Assembly: GCA_020184695.1 (NCBI GenBank)
Contig: JAANOX010000045.1
Coordinates: 72,684-136,683, forward strand
Direction of reading: 5' to 3'
Source: Histomonas meleagridis 2922-C6/04-290x
Lineage: Eukaryota; Protista; Parabasalia
Length of the DNA stretch: 64,000 nucleotides
Shown: positions 10,472 to 23,731 of the stretch, piece after piece
Position numbering within the stretch: the first letter of the stretch is position 1
Layout of the letters: every line of letters begins with the position of its first letter
The notes under the pieces: model-generated
Seen by the model: the letters and a program-made list of their open reading frames with translations, nothing else
Database searches by the model: none
Told to the model about the DNA's origin: nothing
Translations under genes and position numbers: made by a program

Positions 10472-11738
10472 ATCTCAGTTCCAAAGGTAATAAAATGACA
10501 AATTGTTCGGTTTTGAAAGCGAATCTTTTCAAAAATATCGGTTCATTGAATTTTGTGAAGTACGATCGTATTTTGACAATGATTTATCTTGGTAAAATAT
10601 AAAAAATGTGTTTTTATTAAATTATTATTTTAAAATAATTTAAATTATTTCTATTTAGTCATTTGATTAGAAAGTCATAAGGACTGTGTGTGAGTAGAAA
10701 AAACATTTCTTTTTTGTTTAATTTGATCAGGGATATCCAATTGTTTTTACATCACGCTCGTGAAAGATATGATGACATAAGGTACCAAAATACCACGGAT
10801 TTTAGTGATAGATGAATGCAAAAGCCAGAATAAGAAAGAGTGGTTCTTGAAAAAGATATTCAAAAAATCTTCAAAGATGGGAAATTCGAATATTATGTTT
10901 ATTACGTCATTGGCGAATTGTTTGTTTGCGAAGAAATCTATGTTGCCTTATGTGAAAAAGGTTTTTAAAACCAATTAGTGATTCAATGTTTTCAACAAGT
11001 TATAATTTATAAATTGCATGTTGTTGCATCAAAACACTATTTTAATAAAATGTAAAACTTAAAATTTTTTGGAGTGGAAATTAAATTCATGAATTAAATA
11101 ATTTTTTTAGGAATTTTAAAGATACCATAAAAAATGTGTTCTAAATTGTATTTTTTTGAAATTATCTTTTCCTATTTTGGGTACACATGAGTTCCATTCA
11201 GAGAACAAATCTTTGCTACATTGGTTACTAATTCTGTTGTTCTTGGTTAATCGCGAGCTACTTTTGACTTAACAAATTTGTGGCTATTGCTAGTTTATTA
11301 TTACCATTTGGAATTTTGAACCAATCTCTTAAAATGCATCTCATCTATTTTGTATATCCACTATACAATTGTATGCAATAGTTACAATAGTTTTTCTTAT
11401 TTCTTTTCAAATCATAAAATAATAATTAAGAATGATAATTAAAATGACCATTTTATATTGGTGGGTTTAAGAATTTTTTTAATTTCGAATTTAATTTTGT
11501 TTATTGGCTGAATTTACAAAGCGCTTTGTGAATCTACACTGTGATATAAAAATATGCAATAGGGTTTGTAATTAGTTCAGCTAATAGTTGTATGAAGCTA
11601 TGATTTTCCAGACATCTGATTTCATATTTTAACATCCTTACTTTTACAGATTTCCTTCATTCCATTTTATCACTCGTTTTGTGATTATTTTCAGATTCTG
11701 AAAAAGTTGTAAAACGAAAAGTGGCAGGTATTTCTGAG

Positions 11739-12320
11739 ATGGATGACGAAATAACAGTAAAAGTCGTTTTTGTTGGTTCTTCAGGTGCTGGTAAAACATG
11801 CATCATATCAAAATATGTAAATGGTATATTCTTGGCTTCAAATTCATCTACAATTGGAGCAAGTTATTTTTCAAAAACTGTTCAATTTCAAGGTAAAACA
11901 TATAATATTAACATATGGGATACTGCTGGTCAAGAATTATATAAGAGCCTTGCCCCAATGTATTACCGCGGTGCAGTTGCTTCTTTTGTAGTTTACGATG
12001 CTGCAAATTACCAATCTTTTATTGAAGCAGAAAGTTGGATCAAAGAACTTCGAACAAATGCTCCTCAAACTTTGATTATTTTGTGCGCAAACAAAATTGA
12101 TCTGGTTGATGAAAGGAAAGTTAATTACGATGAAGGTTTCAAATTAGCCAGCGAACAAAAAGCAAAATATGTTGAGACCAGCGCCTTAAGTGGAGCAGGC
12201 GTAGAGCAAGCATTCGAAATTGTTTTTTCATATGTATCAGCTCAACCAAATGTTGTAAGCGAACCAGTGAAACCACTTGTTCCTGCTACAAATACCGAAG
12301 AGAAAAAGTGCGAATGCTAA
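11739..12320 (+). CDS. Rab-family small GTPase
   Basis: GSSGAGKT, WDTAGQE, YYRGA, NKID, ETSA and a C-terminal CEC (CxC prenylation). The real ATG is probably 11739 rather than the GTG at 11721. Confidence 0.93.
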   Translation: MDDEITVKVVFVGSSGAGKTCIISKYVNGIFLASNSSTIGASYFSKTVQFQGKTYNINIWDTAGQELYKSLAPMYYRGAVASFVVYDAANYQSFIEAESWIKELRTNAPQTLIILCANKIDLVDERKVNYDEGFKLASEQKAKYVETSALSGAGVEQAFEIVFSYVSAQPNVVSEPVKPLVPATNTEEKKCEC

Positions 12321-13004
12321 TATTAGAGATAAGTTCATTTGAATCTTATTTTTCAGAAACAATCACGAAATAAATAAAAAGAAAGAATCTATTTGTTTTA
12401 TTTTAAAATGTTTGTTGTGCAATTACTTTAAAAATAGAAATTATCACATCTTATTATTTTACCATTTCATCAGTTCGTCCTTTGTTTGGTTTACAAAAAT
12501 AATTTTAACAAAATATTGCATAGGATTTATCAAAAAGTCGAACTAAGCTGATTTTTCTATTGAATTAAAATTTCAAACCGTATTTCAACACAGAAACAAA
12601 TGAGGTAAATATTTTTTATGATTATATCACATTAATAATATTTCACATTATTTTAGAAATCAATAAAATATTTATATAAATTTTATATTTTTATTATTGC
12701 TCATTTATTTTTTGAAAATGAAAAAATTATAATAAACTTGTTTTAAATCAATTGAAAATTTAATATTTAAAATAATTTTGTGTTATTACAAAAAACATTT
12801 TTCAAACCTATAAAAAAGCTCGAATAAATGAAAAAATCTTTACAAATTGTAAAAGATAAAACTTTAATTTTGAATTCACCTTTATAAAATGTTTATAATG
12901 TGATGCCATCTCTTATATAAAAATTTATGTTTTTCGATTGTTAAATAAATTTTTTTGTATTTAAATATCTTCTTATTTTTTGGAGAAATCAATATTTTTA
13001 TTTG

Positions 13005-14267
13005 ATGAATCATAATCTACATATTCAACGATCTAACTTTTTTGTAGAAGAACGTGCAAACAAGCTCAACGAAGAACTTGCAAACATTGTAAAATTAGTT
13101 TCAAATTTAAAGATAGAAAACGAAACATTAAAAAGAATATATGATCTTTCTATAATTCACTTATTACAAATTCAAGATGATTTGGAAATGAACCGTCAAA
13201 TATTTAATAAAATGAGAGTAAAAGTAGATGGAGCTTCTTCACCAAGTGAAAATTTAATTCAACCAAATAATATCATTTCGAATTTAACACAAATGAATGA
13301 ATTACAAATTTCAAACATGCAATATGAAGTTGAACCAAATAATATCAATATTAAACTTAAAGCATCCATTAGAACGAATAATCTTGTTTGCTCAGTGTGC
13401 TTTCAAAATACAGGTGAAAATATTGTATTTAGTAATGGTAAAACAGTATTCATTGTATCAATTAATGATGGTAAAATGATTCAATCATTTAATATACCAA
13501 ATTCAAATAATATTCATGATTACACACCTAGATCAATAAGAGTAAGTCCTGATTCTTTATATATTGCACTTGGAGGACCAGATAATGCTATTATTATTTA
13601 TTCTATTGAGCAAAATAAGATAATAGCAAATCTTGAAGCACATCAAAAGCAAATATCTTCTTTGTTATTCTCAAATGATTCAACAATATTATACTCAAGT
13701 GGTTATGATGGAATTCTATGCGTTTGGGATTTACAACAAATGGCATTAAAACAAATGATTAAACCCCAAAAAGATTCATCAAATGAAATGATTGTTTCAC
13801 TTTCTAAAGATCCTAATGAATATTTCATTGCAACAGGACTTCTAAATGGTTCTGTTGGAATATATGAACCAACTTTTCAACAACCAATGAATAGTTTTCA
13901 AGCGCACGATTCTAACCAATGTTTACTTAATTTATCAATTTCTCCTTTTGATGGAACATTTGCAACTTCGTCGCATGATAAAACAATTAAAATATGGAAT
14001 CTTCATGGTGTTGCATCATGTAGAAGAATTCTTCAAAGTCATACAGATATAATATTAACTATTTGTTTTTCACCACTTCAATCAATTTGCTTTTCTGCTG
14101 GTAAAGATGAATCCATTAAATGTTGGGATTACAAAAAAGGGGAACTTTTATTCACCTTAAAAGGACATAGAAATACTTTATTTGAGATTGCTCATCATCC
14201 GTTTCAGAAAATATTTGCTTCATGTTCAGGCGATGGAATGGTTTGCATATGGGAATATGTTATTTGA
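13005..14267 (+). CDS. WD40-repeat protein with N-terminal coiled coil (Tup1-like architecture)
   Basis: Repeats such as AHQKQISSLLFS..SSGYDGILCVWD, SHDKTIKIWN, GKDESIKCWD and SCSGDGMVCIWE. Confidence 0.88.
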   Translation: MNHNLHIQRSNFFVEERANKLNEELANIVKLVSNLKIENETLKRIYDLSIIHLLQIQDDLEMNRQIFNKMRVKVDGASSPSENLIQPNNIISNLTQMNELQISNMQYEVEPNNINIKLKASIRTNNLVCSVCFQNTGENIVFSNGKTVFIVSINDGKMIQSFNIPNSNNIHDYTPRSIRVSPDSLYIALGGPDNAIIIYSIEQNKIIANLEAHQKQISSLLFSNDSTILYSSGYDGILCVWDLQQMALKQMIKPQKDSSNEMIVSLSKDPNEYFIATGLLNGSVGIYEPTFQQPMNSFQAHDSNQCLLNLSISPFDGTFATSSHDKTIKIWNLHGVASCRRILQSHTDIILTICFSPLQSICFSAGKDESIKCWDYKKGELLFTLKGHRNTLFEIAHHPFQKIFASCSGDGMVCIWEYVI

Positions 14268-14617
14268 ATGCAAATAATTAAAATAAACATTGTGGTTTAG
14301 TTCAAAAATTTAATTAAAAAACAAAGCTCATTTGTGATAAAAAAGAAACTTAATGCAAATATTATTTAATTTTAATATTTATAAAAGAATTTAACAATGT
14401 GTAAAATGTGTATGTGCACAAGGTCTTATTTGAAGAAAATTTTAAAATTTAACGGTCAAAAATAGGCTATTAAAAGTGACAAATAAAACATATTAAAATA
14501 AAAAATAATAAAGAAAAAACAAATAATCATATATAACCAAGATTTACTTCAAATATATTTTACATGAGTTTTTTAGGTGATTAACAAAAATCAAAAAAAT
14601 CATGATTTCAAAAAATA

Positions 14618-15316
14618 TCATGATGATGGTGAAAGATCCGAATCCATGTAAACATTACGTTTTTGTGCACTAGAGAAAGAAGAGTCAGAGAGACTGGATG
14701 TATCTGAAGAAGAAGTACTGTATTGATTAATATGATAACTACTCATTCTTGCTTTTTCTTTGTAACAACAAGCTAGTTTTATTTGTGATATGAGAACTCC
14801 TAATAATAAAATACCAACAAGAACTGAAATAGTACCGACAATGGATGGGGCAATAGAAGTGAGTAATTTGTCATCGCATGTTGTTGAATTTAATGGGCAC
14901 TGTATTTCAGTGATAGTTACATTTGTATGGCCACAACAATTTAAGAATGTTTCAAGTTTTTCTTTTGTTTCATTATAAGTTGAATCTTCCCAAATAAAAC
15001 CGATCGAATCAGCAATGTTAGGAATTTGTGAGAAGCAAATAACTGCGAAAAAGATGAAAAAGGCACCCAAAATTAAATCCAAAAATGCAAGGAATCCATT
15101 TGTAACACAACTTCTTTTGCAACCAGCAGTAATTGCAACAATGAGGGCAATACATGAAACGACTATACCAACAATAACAATATAATAAATTATTGGTATT
15201 GGTGAATCAATTTTTGCTAATATGGTAAATGTAACAAAAATTGCAAATATTACAGCTGCGAGACCATTTAAAAAAACTGAAAAGAATATGTTGCATGTAG
15301 CTTTGTTGCAACCCAT
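14618..15316 (-). CDS. Tetraspanin-family protein
   Basis: Four hydrophobic segments, CCG motif (LNCCGH) and further Cys in the large extracellular loop; Ser-rich cytosolic tail. Confidence 0.85.
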   Translation of the reverse strand: MGCNKATCNIFFSVFLNGLAAVIFAIFVTFTILAKIDSPIPIIYYIVIVGIVVSCIALIVAITAGCKRSCVTNGFLAFLDLILGAFFIFFAVICFSQIPNIADSIGFIWEDSTYNETKEKLETFLNCCGHTNVTITEIQCPLNSTTCDDKLLTSIAPSIVGTISVLVGILLLGVLISQIKLACCYKEKARMSSYHINQYSTSSSDTSSLSDSSFSSAQKRNVYMDSDLSPSS

Positions 15317-15878
15317 TTTTTTTTAATTTTTCAGCAGGTTTTTGAATGACAGGTTGTAAACATCACAAACTATAGAAAAAGTCATATTCATATGACTGTG
15401 TTTTTCCGTTAAAAACCGTCAATTTAAAACACACAATTTTAACATTCGCCGGCCGGTGTAAAAAAGTGACTTTGACTTTGCACAAAACACGAACTCCTTC
15501 GAACTGTAACGCATTACCAAATGAATTAATAGTTTAAACTACATTATCCAACAAAATGCAAAGAAAAAGCCAATATTTTTTGTCAAAACTTCAATCGATC
15601 AAGAAAAAAAAACATTTTTTTTTCAGAAATAACAAATATGATATTACACGCGGTAATTAGGCTTTCTTCAAAAAATTTTCTGGGAAATCCAATTCCAAGT
15701 TAGAGAGAAAATTAACCACTTTTTTTGCCAAAATAATTTACAACAAATTGAATGCTTTCCCTCATTAACCGCTGCCACGGATTTGAATGAATTACGCGTA
15801 ATAATATTTTCGGTTTTTCACAAGTATTGAGAAGTTTTTGAGCTCAGTGAAAAGTGGCGAAGTTGACCACAGAAATCT

Positions 15879-16742
15879 TTACTCAATCCTAAAAATACCA
15901 GCAGCATATGAAACAGATGTATCATACTTAGATCTTACGACAGATGATTGCGAGTAATGCGGCCAACTTACATTGTATTTGCTTTTGATTGTCATCATAG
16001 CAATTTTTATTGGAACTTCGCCACATATAGTATCACCAGTATCTTTTATAAATTTAGCAAAAGCATTTACATCACAAGAAGAAATTGCTTTCATTCCTTC
16101 TTTGTCTAGTCTTTCAATATTCTCATTAATAGAAACATTTCGATCAAGCAAATAAGTATAATCAAAGTCACTTCCCCAATGACAAAAGTCAGATGAAACA
16201 ACTAAAAGAGTATCTGGTTGATTCACAATTGGTGCTAAAGCTTCTGCAACATTTTGGATCGCTTCAGGAGAAATATCACCGATCATAATTGGGATAATAG
16301 AAAACTGTTTGTTCTTAAAAATGTATTTGAGTAAAGGACATTCCATCTCAAGGGAGTGTTCCTTTTCGGCAGTCGCCCTGTCCAACTTTTTGAATAAATT
16401 CCCGTTAGACGATAACAATTTTTCAATGGTATCGGTGTCAAATGGAATGTTGCCAAGTGGTGTTTCAATGCTTTTTGCATCTGCAATTGTACAATGGTTA
16501 ATATAAATGTAATGAGATGGACCAAGGATAACCACACGGTTAAACAATGATGTGTCAACAGCTTTAAATGCATGAGCTGCCGTGGATACCGAATAAACAT
16601 ATCCTGCATGTGGTGAAACAATAGCTTTTGTTGTTCCCTTCGCATTTGGGTCAACGGAGGCCTCGGAAAATGCCTTATCAAGCATGGAAATCAATTGGCG
16701 GCCGACGGGGTACCATGAGTTTTGGTGTGTTGCTCTTTGCAT
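15879..16742 (-). CDS. MEMO1: MEMO1 family protein
   Basis: SWY, SPHAGY, GPSH, EHSLEM, SSDFCHWG, TICG and SVSYAAG motifs in the expected order. Confidence 0.9.
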   Translation of the reverse strand: MQRATHQNSWYPVGRQLISMLDKAFSEASVDPNAKGTTKAIVSPHAGYVYSVSTAAHAFKAVDTSLFNRVVILGPSHYIYINHCTIADAKSIETPLGNIPFDTDTIEKLLSSNGNLFKKLDRATAEKEHSLEMECPLLKYIFKNKQFSIIPIMIGDISPEAIQNVAEALAPIVNQPDTLLVVSSDFCHWGSDFDYTYLLDRNVSINENIERLDKEGMKAISSCDVNAFAKFIKDTGDTICGEVPIKIAMMTIKSKYNVSWPHYSQSSVVRSKYDTSVSYAAGIFRIE

Positions 16743-16799
16743 TGAGCTATTTTGACTACTTTACATCGTAAATTTTACCAAAGTTTACACAAAAGTGCT

Positions 16800-18218
16800 C
16801 TAACTTTCTGTTGATGAATCAGAAGAAGAATCTGATGAGGAAATATTCTCTTTTATCTGTTCGCTGTTGCTTTCTTCGTTCTTATTTTCAACATTGATTT
16901 GAATTTTTGGTTCTTCTTCTTTTTCTTCAACTTTGATATTTTCTGATTCAATTGGATCATTAACCCTAAATTTTTGAACAGATGTTTCGAAAACTGATGC
17001 ATATTCGTCACTTGTGAATACCCTTGGCGCCTTATTTGGAATAACAGTCTTTGATCTGGGACTAATAGCTTTATTTCTTTTTTTCTTTTTCTCTTTTGTG
17101 CTTTCTGCAGGCGGCTTTAGTTTTGGCAACAGTGGATCAATGCCGAAGTTTGTATCCTTTGCGATATGTTGGAAAGACTTAGCGTACGACACATTATTGT
17201 TACTATTTGAGGACATTTTTCTTGTGTTTTTTGTGTCCTTTTGTTGTAACATTTGCCAATGCATTTCGAGAAGTTCTTTTTCTCTTTTTAACTCATTTAT
17301 TAATATTTCTTTTCGTTCTTTTATACTGTTTTCAAGAAGCAACTCTTCGTTTTTATGCTTTTGTTCAAGTTGCGTTTTCGCTTGTAAATAATCATTGTCC
17401 ATTTGGTTTTGTTGTTGTTTAGTTTCTTGTGATTGAAGCGCATTTATTTGTTGATTAACTTCTTCGGCTTTAGTATAATCGCCAGTAATAATTAAACTTC
17501 GTTCAATGTATTTAAGTTGCAGTAATTTCGTTGAGGACTTACGGTACTTCTCTGGATACTTCTCGCTCCATACGTATTGGAAATTTTCGTTTTCTTTTTC
17601 GTGTTGTCGCTTAAGTTTTTCGCGCGATTTTTCAGCCTTTTCATCAAATTCGGATATGCGGTAATTATGGTCTTCTGCTCTGTGTATTAGTGCGATTGTA
17701 AAAACAAGAATTGTATTCGATAACAATCCTTGTTAAGAAACATACTGTTCATCTTGCCGTTGTTTAGCTCTTTTGAATTGGGTTTCTTTATTGTCGTCGG
17801 TGATTTTTTGCTTCCGATTTTGCTCATTGAGTTTGACACATAGAATTAATTGATTCGTAAGTTCACATTTTTTGAATTTACGCTTGGCAGCACATGACTG
17901 AAGATATTCTCGAAGATGAGCAGAAAAAAGATGAAGCTCTTTTTCTGATAAATCAGTAAGTGCTTCATTAACTTTTTTCCGCTTTGATGACATAAGGGAT
18001 TTTCGAAGATCAACAAATTTTTTATTCTTAGATGTTGATATAAATATTGGTTTCACAGATTTTACATTTCTTGGTGATTCAGATTTAACGTTCCGTTGGG
18101 AATTTAAATTCGAATGCTGTGGGGTTTGCGATACACTTTGTGTTTGGCTCAAACTTGATTGATGAGGAAAGATGCTTCTTGCTCTTCTTTTTATTATAAT
18201 TGTTCTAGTTGTTCTCAT
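16800..18218 (-). CDS. Two-exon coiled-coil hypothetical protein, join(16800..17679,17746..18218), about 450 aa
   Basis: ORFs 17733..18236 and 16800..17726 join in frame (..DEQ|AEDHNYR..) after removing a 66-nt intron. ATG at 18218 follows a TCATT Inr-like motif. Confidence 0.8.
17680..17745 (-). other. Spliceosomal intron, 66 nt
   Basis: 5' GTATGT and 3' ACTAATACACAG, a one-base variant of the trichomonad fused branch/3' site ACTAACACACAG; removal restores the reading frame. Confidence 0.85.
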
Positions 18219-19446
18219 CAATGAACATTTTTTCACAGTGTATGTTAAAAAATTGACCTACATGAAGGTGTTTCTAATGATTATAGCTAAAAGATTCTCC
18301 ACCCACCCCAAATATTTGTGGGAATTTGAATATTTCACAAATGTAAAGTAAATCTCTTATTTGATGTTAAACCATTTATATTGAGTCAATAACCACTGGG
18401 TAAACCATTCAAGGCTATAATTTTTGAGTCGATCTTGCATCTAATCAACCAATTTTATGATCATATGCATTCACTTAGACAAAAAGTTTATATTGGATAT
18501 AAGTATCGTTCTCAAAGTTGATAACGAATGTTCCAAACAGTACCTTATAAAAGTGAAACTTTGCTTTCTTTAAGCATCTCAGAAATTGATTTTGTTGACA
18601 TTCTTCAGTATGTTGCAATTGCCATTGGTTCTTCAACGTCAATTAAATCTTGATTTTGGATAGAAGGTCGTTCAAGCTGCTTATTATTCACATCTCGTAT
18701 TAGATCCCTAGAGTACCCATTAATTCTATGTATTTTACTATTATTTTTATTTTGACCTATCAGTTCTATTCTGCCACATCACCTTTTTTTTCATTGTATG
18801 TGACATTTGAGGTTTGTTATTCATCATACAATTAAAAGTAAACGGAACTTTTGGAGAAGTCTCACAATGCCGATCGATTTCTTCATAAATTGGTAACAAA
18901 TCTTTTTTGACATAGCTGTATGTTAGGTTTGTGTATGATCCTAGCATGATGAAGATAAGTAAATACCTCACATAATACATTTCATAAACAGAACTCAACA
19001 CTTTCCACTCGAAATTCTAAAAATATGTTAAACAAGCATTTAAAAAAAATTACAGAATTGAGATAGGGTCCTATTCTCTAAACGGTCGTTCGACACCAAA
19101 TATAATAGAATAATCTCGTTATCTCATTATATCAAATTTTAAAAGATATATGATAAAGATTAATAATAACAGCAAATAATATTCTTATGTTATTATAAGA
19201 CGAAAACTACTCAATGATTTCAACTTCCAAACTAACGTAAATTGCTTTAGGTATCAGCATATTAATGGCGAATCGCGAATTAATTCAAATTCGCGACACT
19301 TAACTTATCAAAAAGTGACATTCAATCTACATGTCAAAATTAATATGTTGCTAATTATTCCCAGGCCGTTTACTTTTTTTCATATGAAAAAACATCAGCA
19401 AAAGCGATTTATTATACTGCAAAATATTCAACAAGGATATTCAAAT

Positions 19447-20230
19447 ATGGAAATGAAAAGAAAAACAAGAATAAATATTAAAACAGTTGCAAAGATCATA
19501 ATGATGATTGACAATGGTGAAAATATTTGTATAAATTTAGTAAAAATTGGGGCACCAACAAAGCAAACACCAGATTTAGTCGAATATATCAAAACAATGA
19601 CCGGAAAAAACAGTAGAATGTCAAATGAAGAATTGGCCAATATATGCAATTCATCAAATTAATTTCTCAATATTCCAAAATCAACGGTTCAGACATTCAG
19701 AAAAAAATTAGGATTCAAGTTAATACCACCTATTCGTACATTTTATCTTACTGAAGAAAAAAAAATTGCAAGAGTCTTTTTTTGTCGCAAACACCTATTA
19801 GAAAAAAAAAATGGGATAATATGCTTTTTACGGATGAATCCTATTTATGGCTTGGAGATGATGAATTGATAGATGGATCCGGTCTTATTCCAGACATGAA
19901 CCAGCCTATGGAGTAGGAAAATGAATTTTAATGCAGGACGGAGCCACGGCTCACACATCCAAAATAACTATTGATCATATGAAAAATTATGTAAATATTA
20001 TAGAGAATTGGCCGTCGATGTCGCCTGACCTCAACCCTATTGAGAATCTATGGTATATCATTAAGGCGAGAGGATATGAATTAAATCCGCAAACAAAATA
20101 GGAACTAATTGAATATACCTTTGCTGTATGGAGTTCAATTTCTTAAGAAGTTATAAATCACCTTATTGACTCCATGGAAGAGCGTATGAAGGAAGTAATA
20201 AGGAATTTTGGTGGGCCAACAAGCTTCTGA
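19447..20230 (+). mobile_element. Decayed Tc1-like (DDE) transposase with stops, frameshifts and an internal deletion
   Basis: Fragments: STVQTFRKKLGF, FTDES (D1), MQDGATAHTS (D2), NWPSMSPDLNPIENLW (E), ending GGPTSF*. Confidence 0.85.
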
Positions 20231-20705
20231 ATTTTCTGAATAAAAGTGAAACTTCTTTGACCAAATTTTATTCCCAAATGTAAAATATATCCAATTTAAA
20301 ACGATCGTAATTAAGTCAATTATTTTTGAATTATTTCTATCGTATGGGAATAATATTTGGCAACACTTTAGCTATCAATTCATTACAATATTATAAGAAT
20401 AGAGCATTACAAAAAATTATAGTATTACCCAACAATTCAGTGATTGATTATGCATCCTTTTTCTGATTTCTTTCAAATGATTATTTTTGTGAAATCGAAA
20501 AATCACAAAAAAGTGATTTTTCATATCGAATTAATTTATATTATCACAATACTTCAGTATTCCATTTATTTGTTAATAATGATTTTTCCTTACGCATTAT
20601 GTTTTTGGATGAAAAATATTATGAATATAGTTGGACACAAAAAAACAACTTTGTTAAGTTTAATATTAAACTTCCCAGAAAATAAAGTTTTTGAAATTAA
20701 AAAAT

Positions 20706-21389
20706 TACATAACATCCAACAACCTTTGGAAATTTGAATACTATATATTCAAAAAGTGGAGGCCCGTTTCAATCATAATAAAGAATTCGAATTAGGTGTA
20801 ATTTGCATTCAAAAATTGGCTTTCAATTTGTTTTCTGATGAAAATATTTTCGTTCAAGCTCATTTTGGATAATTTACAATTTTCGCTATGTTTTTTTTGA
20901 ATAAAAATAGTATTTGGCAAAAATGGTGTAAAATTTAAATGTTGTAATATTTCATATTCTGCATTTTGATTCTTCTTGTTATATGTTAATTCTCACTTAT
21001 ATGTGCTTATTCTCACCTATATGTGTTTCTTTTCATTATTTTATGTACCAACATTCGCTCAAATCATTCAAATATAATTTGACAAATATATAATTTGAAC
21101 GACTTTCATTTGATATAGATAATATATAGTGAACATGGGGTATAGTTAAAAATGAATTCAAACTTATTCTAATTTCAGAAATGGAGCTCATATGATTAAT
21201 TATATTCAAAGAGTTTACAAATCAATGTTTACATGCCTATTGAATTGAATAATTTTCCAGAAAACGAATTGGGAGCCGATTTTTGAATGCAAATTACAAA
21301 TTATTCAAATTCTTTATTAGGATAGAATGAAGTCTTCACTTTTTGAATACTGCCCATTCAAATTCCCCACGGTTGTAGGATAGTACCTA
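20706..21389. mobile_element. Non-autonomous TIR element (MITE-like), about 680 bp with ~140-bp imperfect terminal inverted repeats
   Basis: 20706-20845 is the approximate reverse complement of 21250-21389; both share tttgaat..tattcaaaaagtg..taataaagaatt.gaat..tgtaatttgcattcaaaaat.ggct. The right end is GGATAGTACC followed by TA. Confidence 0.8.
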
Positions 21390-21906
21390 AACGTCCTATA
21401 ATAACGGTCACTTGAAGAGTAAAATTTAACCTGACCCCCACCCCTAGTACACTTTATACTGATCACCTGTCTACGCCGAATTATAAAAAAAGTGCTCCGC
21501 GGAGTCGGGCTTCGGCAGGTTTGTGATAAATGCACTCATTCGCCATTAGGGCTCTCTTTGGGGGAGGGGGTACATTGGTCAAAAGAAAAAGAAAAAAAGA
21601 AAAAAATAGATTGCCCATTGAGTGAACAAACTTTGTTATTATCACTAATGTGCTGAGTCGAAAAGAATAAAAATTTAATCAGAAAAACCGAAAAAAAAAT
21701 TGAAAATATCTTAAAAATCGATTGAATGGTTTACTCAGATTGATGGTAAATTAAATATATAATTAGAATTAGGAACATATAATGTACTTGTTGTCGCAAC
21801 TATAAAATTAGTTCCGGATATATAAAATGGTACTAAAACTGGTAGGAATATTTTCGAAATAGCACAAAGATCATATAAAACTGATGGATATCAAAAAAAA
21901 AAAAAA

Positions 21907-22498
<592 letters not shown>

Positions 22499-22719
22499 AA
22501 GTTCAAAAAATGTTAAAATATTTAATGAATCACAATCGGAATAAATTTGAAGAACTATGGCCAGTAGAAGCTCACAATCAAAAAAGAAAATTAGAAGAAT
22601 ATAAAATTAGACAATTCATGAAGATTAGTCAGGAGATTCGAAGAGAAAAAATTATTGGATATGGGCCAGGAGCCATGGAAATAGAGACGAAATTCATTCC
22701 AAAAACGTTAAAAAATAAT

Positions 22720-22747
22720 GGGGGGGGGGGGTGGGGGGTTGGGAGGG
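22720..22747 (+). other. G-tract cluster G12-T-G6-TT-G3-A-G3 (potential G-quadruplex)
   Basis: Matches four G3+ runs with short loops, in otherwise very AT-rich DNA. Confidence 0.55.
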
Positions 22748-23731
22748 ATACAACAGGTTTTCCCTGGTTCTGATTCTGAAGCAATAAGAAAAAAATTCAA
22801 TAAGGTACATATCACTAGTCAAAATGACATGTTTCTTCAAACAAGGCTTGATAAAAGCATTTTAACTCAATAAAGTGTCTCCTTAGATTGTATTTAATAT
22901 ATCAGCCACTTTTTGAGATTCCACTTTATCAATGTAGTCATAAGAATTACGATAGGGAACAGTTAACAACTAAAATGCATTTGATAAAAAATAAAGTATC
23001 CAATTTCTTTTTTTTCATTATGGTTGGGGAAATGTTTATGGAACAAAGTGTTCTAATGTAATTCTATTAACATTACAAATTGAATTTAATTCTATCGCTA
23101 AACCAGTAAATATATTATAACCATAAACTTTGATATCGTCTATTGGGATACCAATATATAAATTTATAATAATTATCTACAACATATTCATCTACATCAT
23201 ATAATTCTGAATATTGTCGGACTTATTATTTATCATATTCAACATTAGTATCAGCATTTATTTCTCCTATCAATATTTCGGGATTAAAATTTTTGGAATT
23301 TATTTGTGTTAACATATTATAATATAATAATAATTCCATATATTTATTATTATAAAAACCTAGTTTTATAGGTTGTATAAAAATGAATATCAATTATCAT
23401 CTAGTGCATTACAGCTACCTATTTAGGGAAATTATACAAATTTAGATATTGAAAAATATGAAATTAATTCAGATAATGTTAATAGATATAATTGATATAC
23501 CTTTGGATATCCACAACGTTGGTTAGACTCACTCATCCGTAATAAAGCTATTGGAATTATAAAACAATATAATTATATATATATTATAAATATATAATTA
23601 AAATAATATATCAAGTCAAATTCATTAGTATTATATGTATTATTTGAAAATCGAGTTTCTGAAAAAATAATTAATGATTTTTTCATTGATGTATTCAAAT
23701 GTTTTTGCCCTTGGTGATATAGGTGAATTAA

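Noticed and set aside
17729-17745. 17-nt mini-intron GTATGTTTCTTAACAAG
   Set aside because: Removal leads to a stop about 20 codons later; the 66-nt intron restores the long frame.
18300-19010. Possible further transposase remnant on the minus strand
   Set aside because: Coding-like fragments, but no catalytic motif could be read with confidence.
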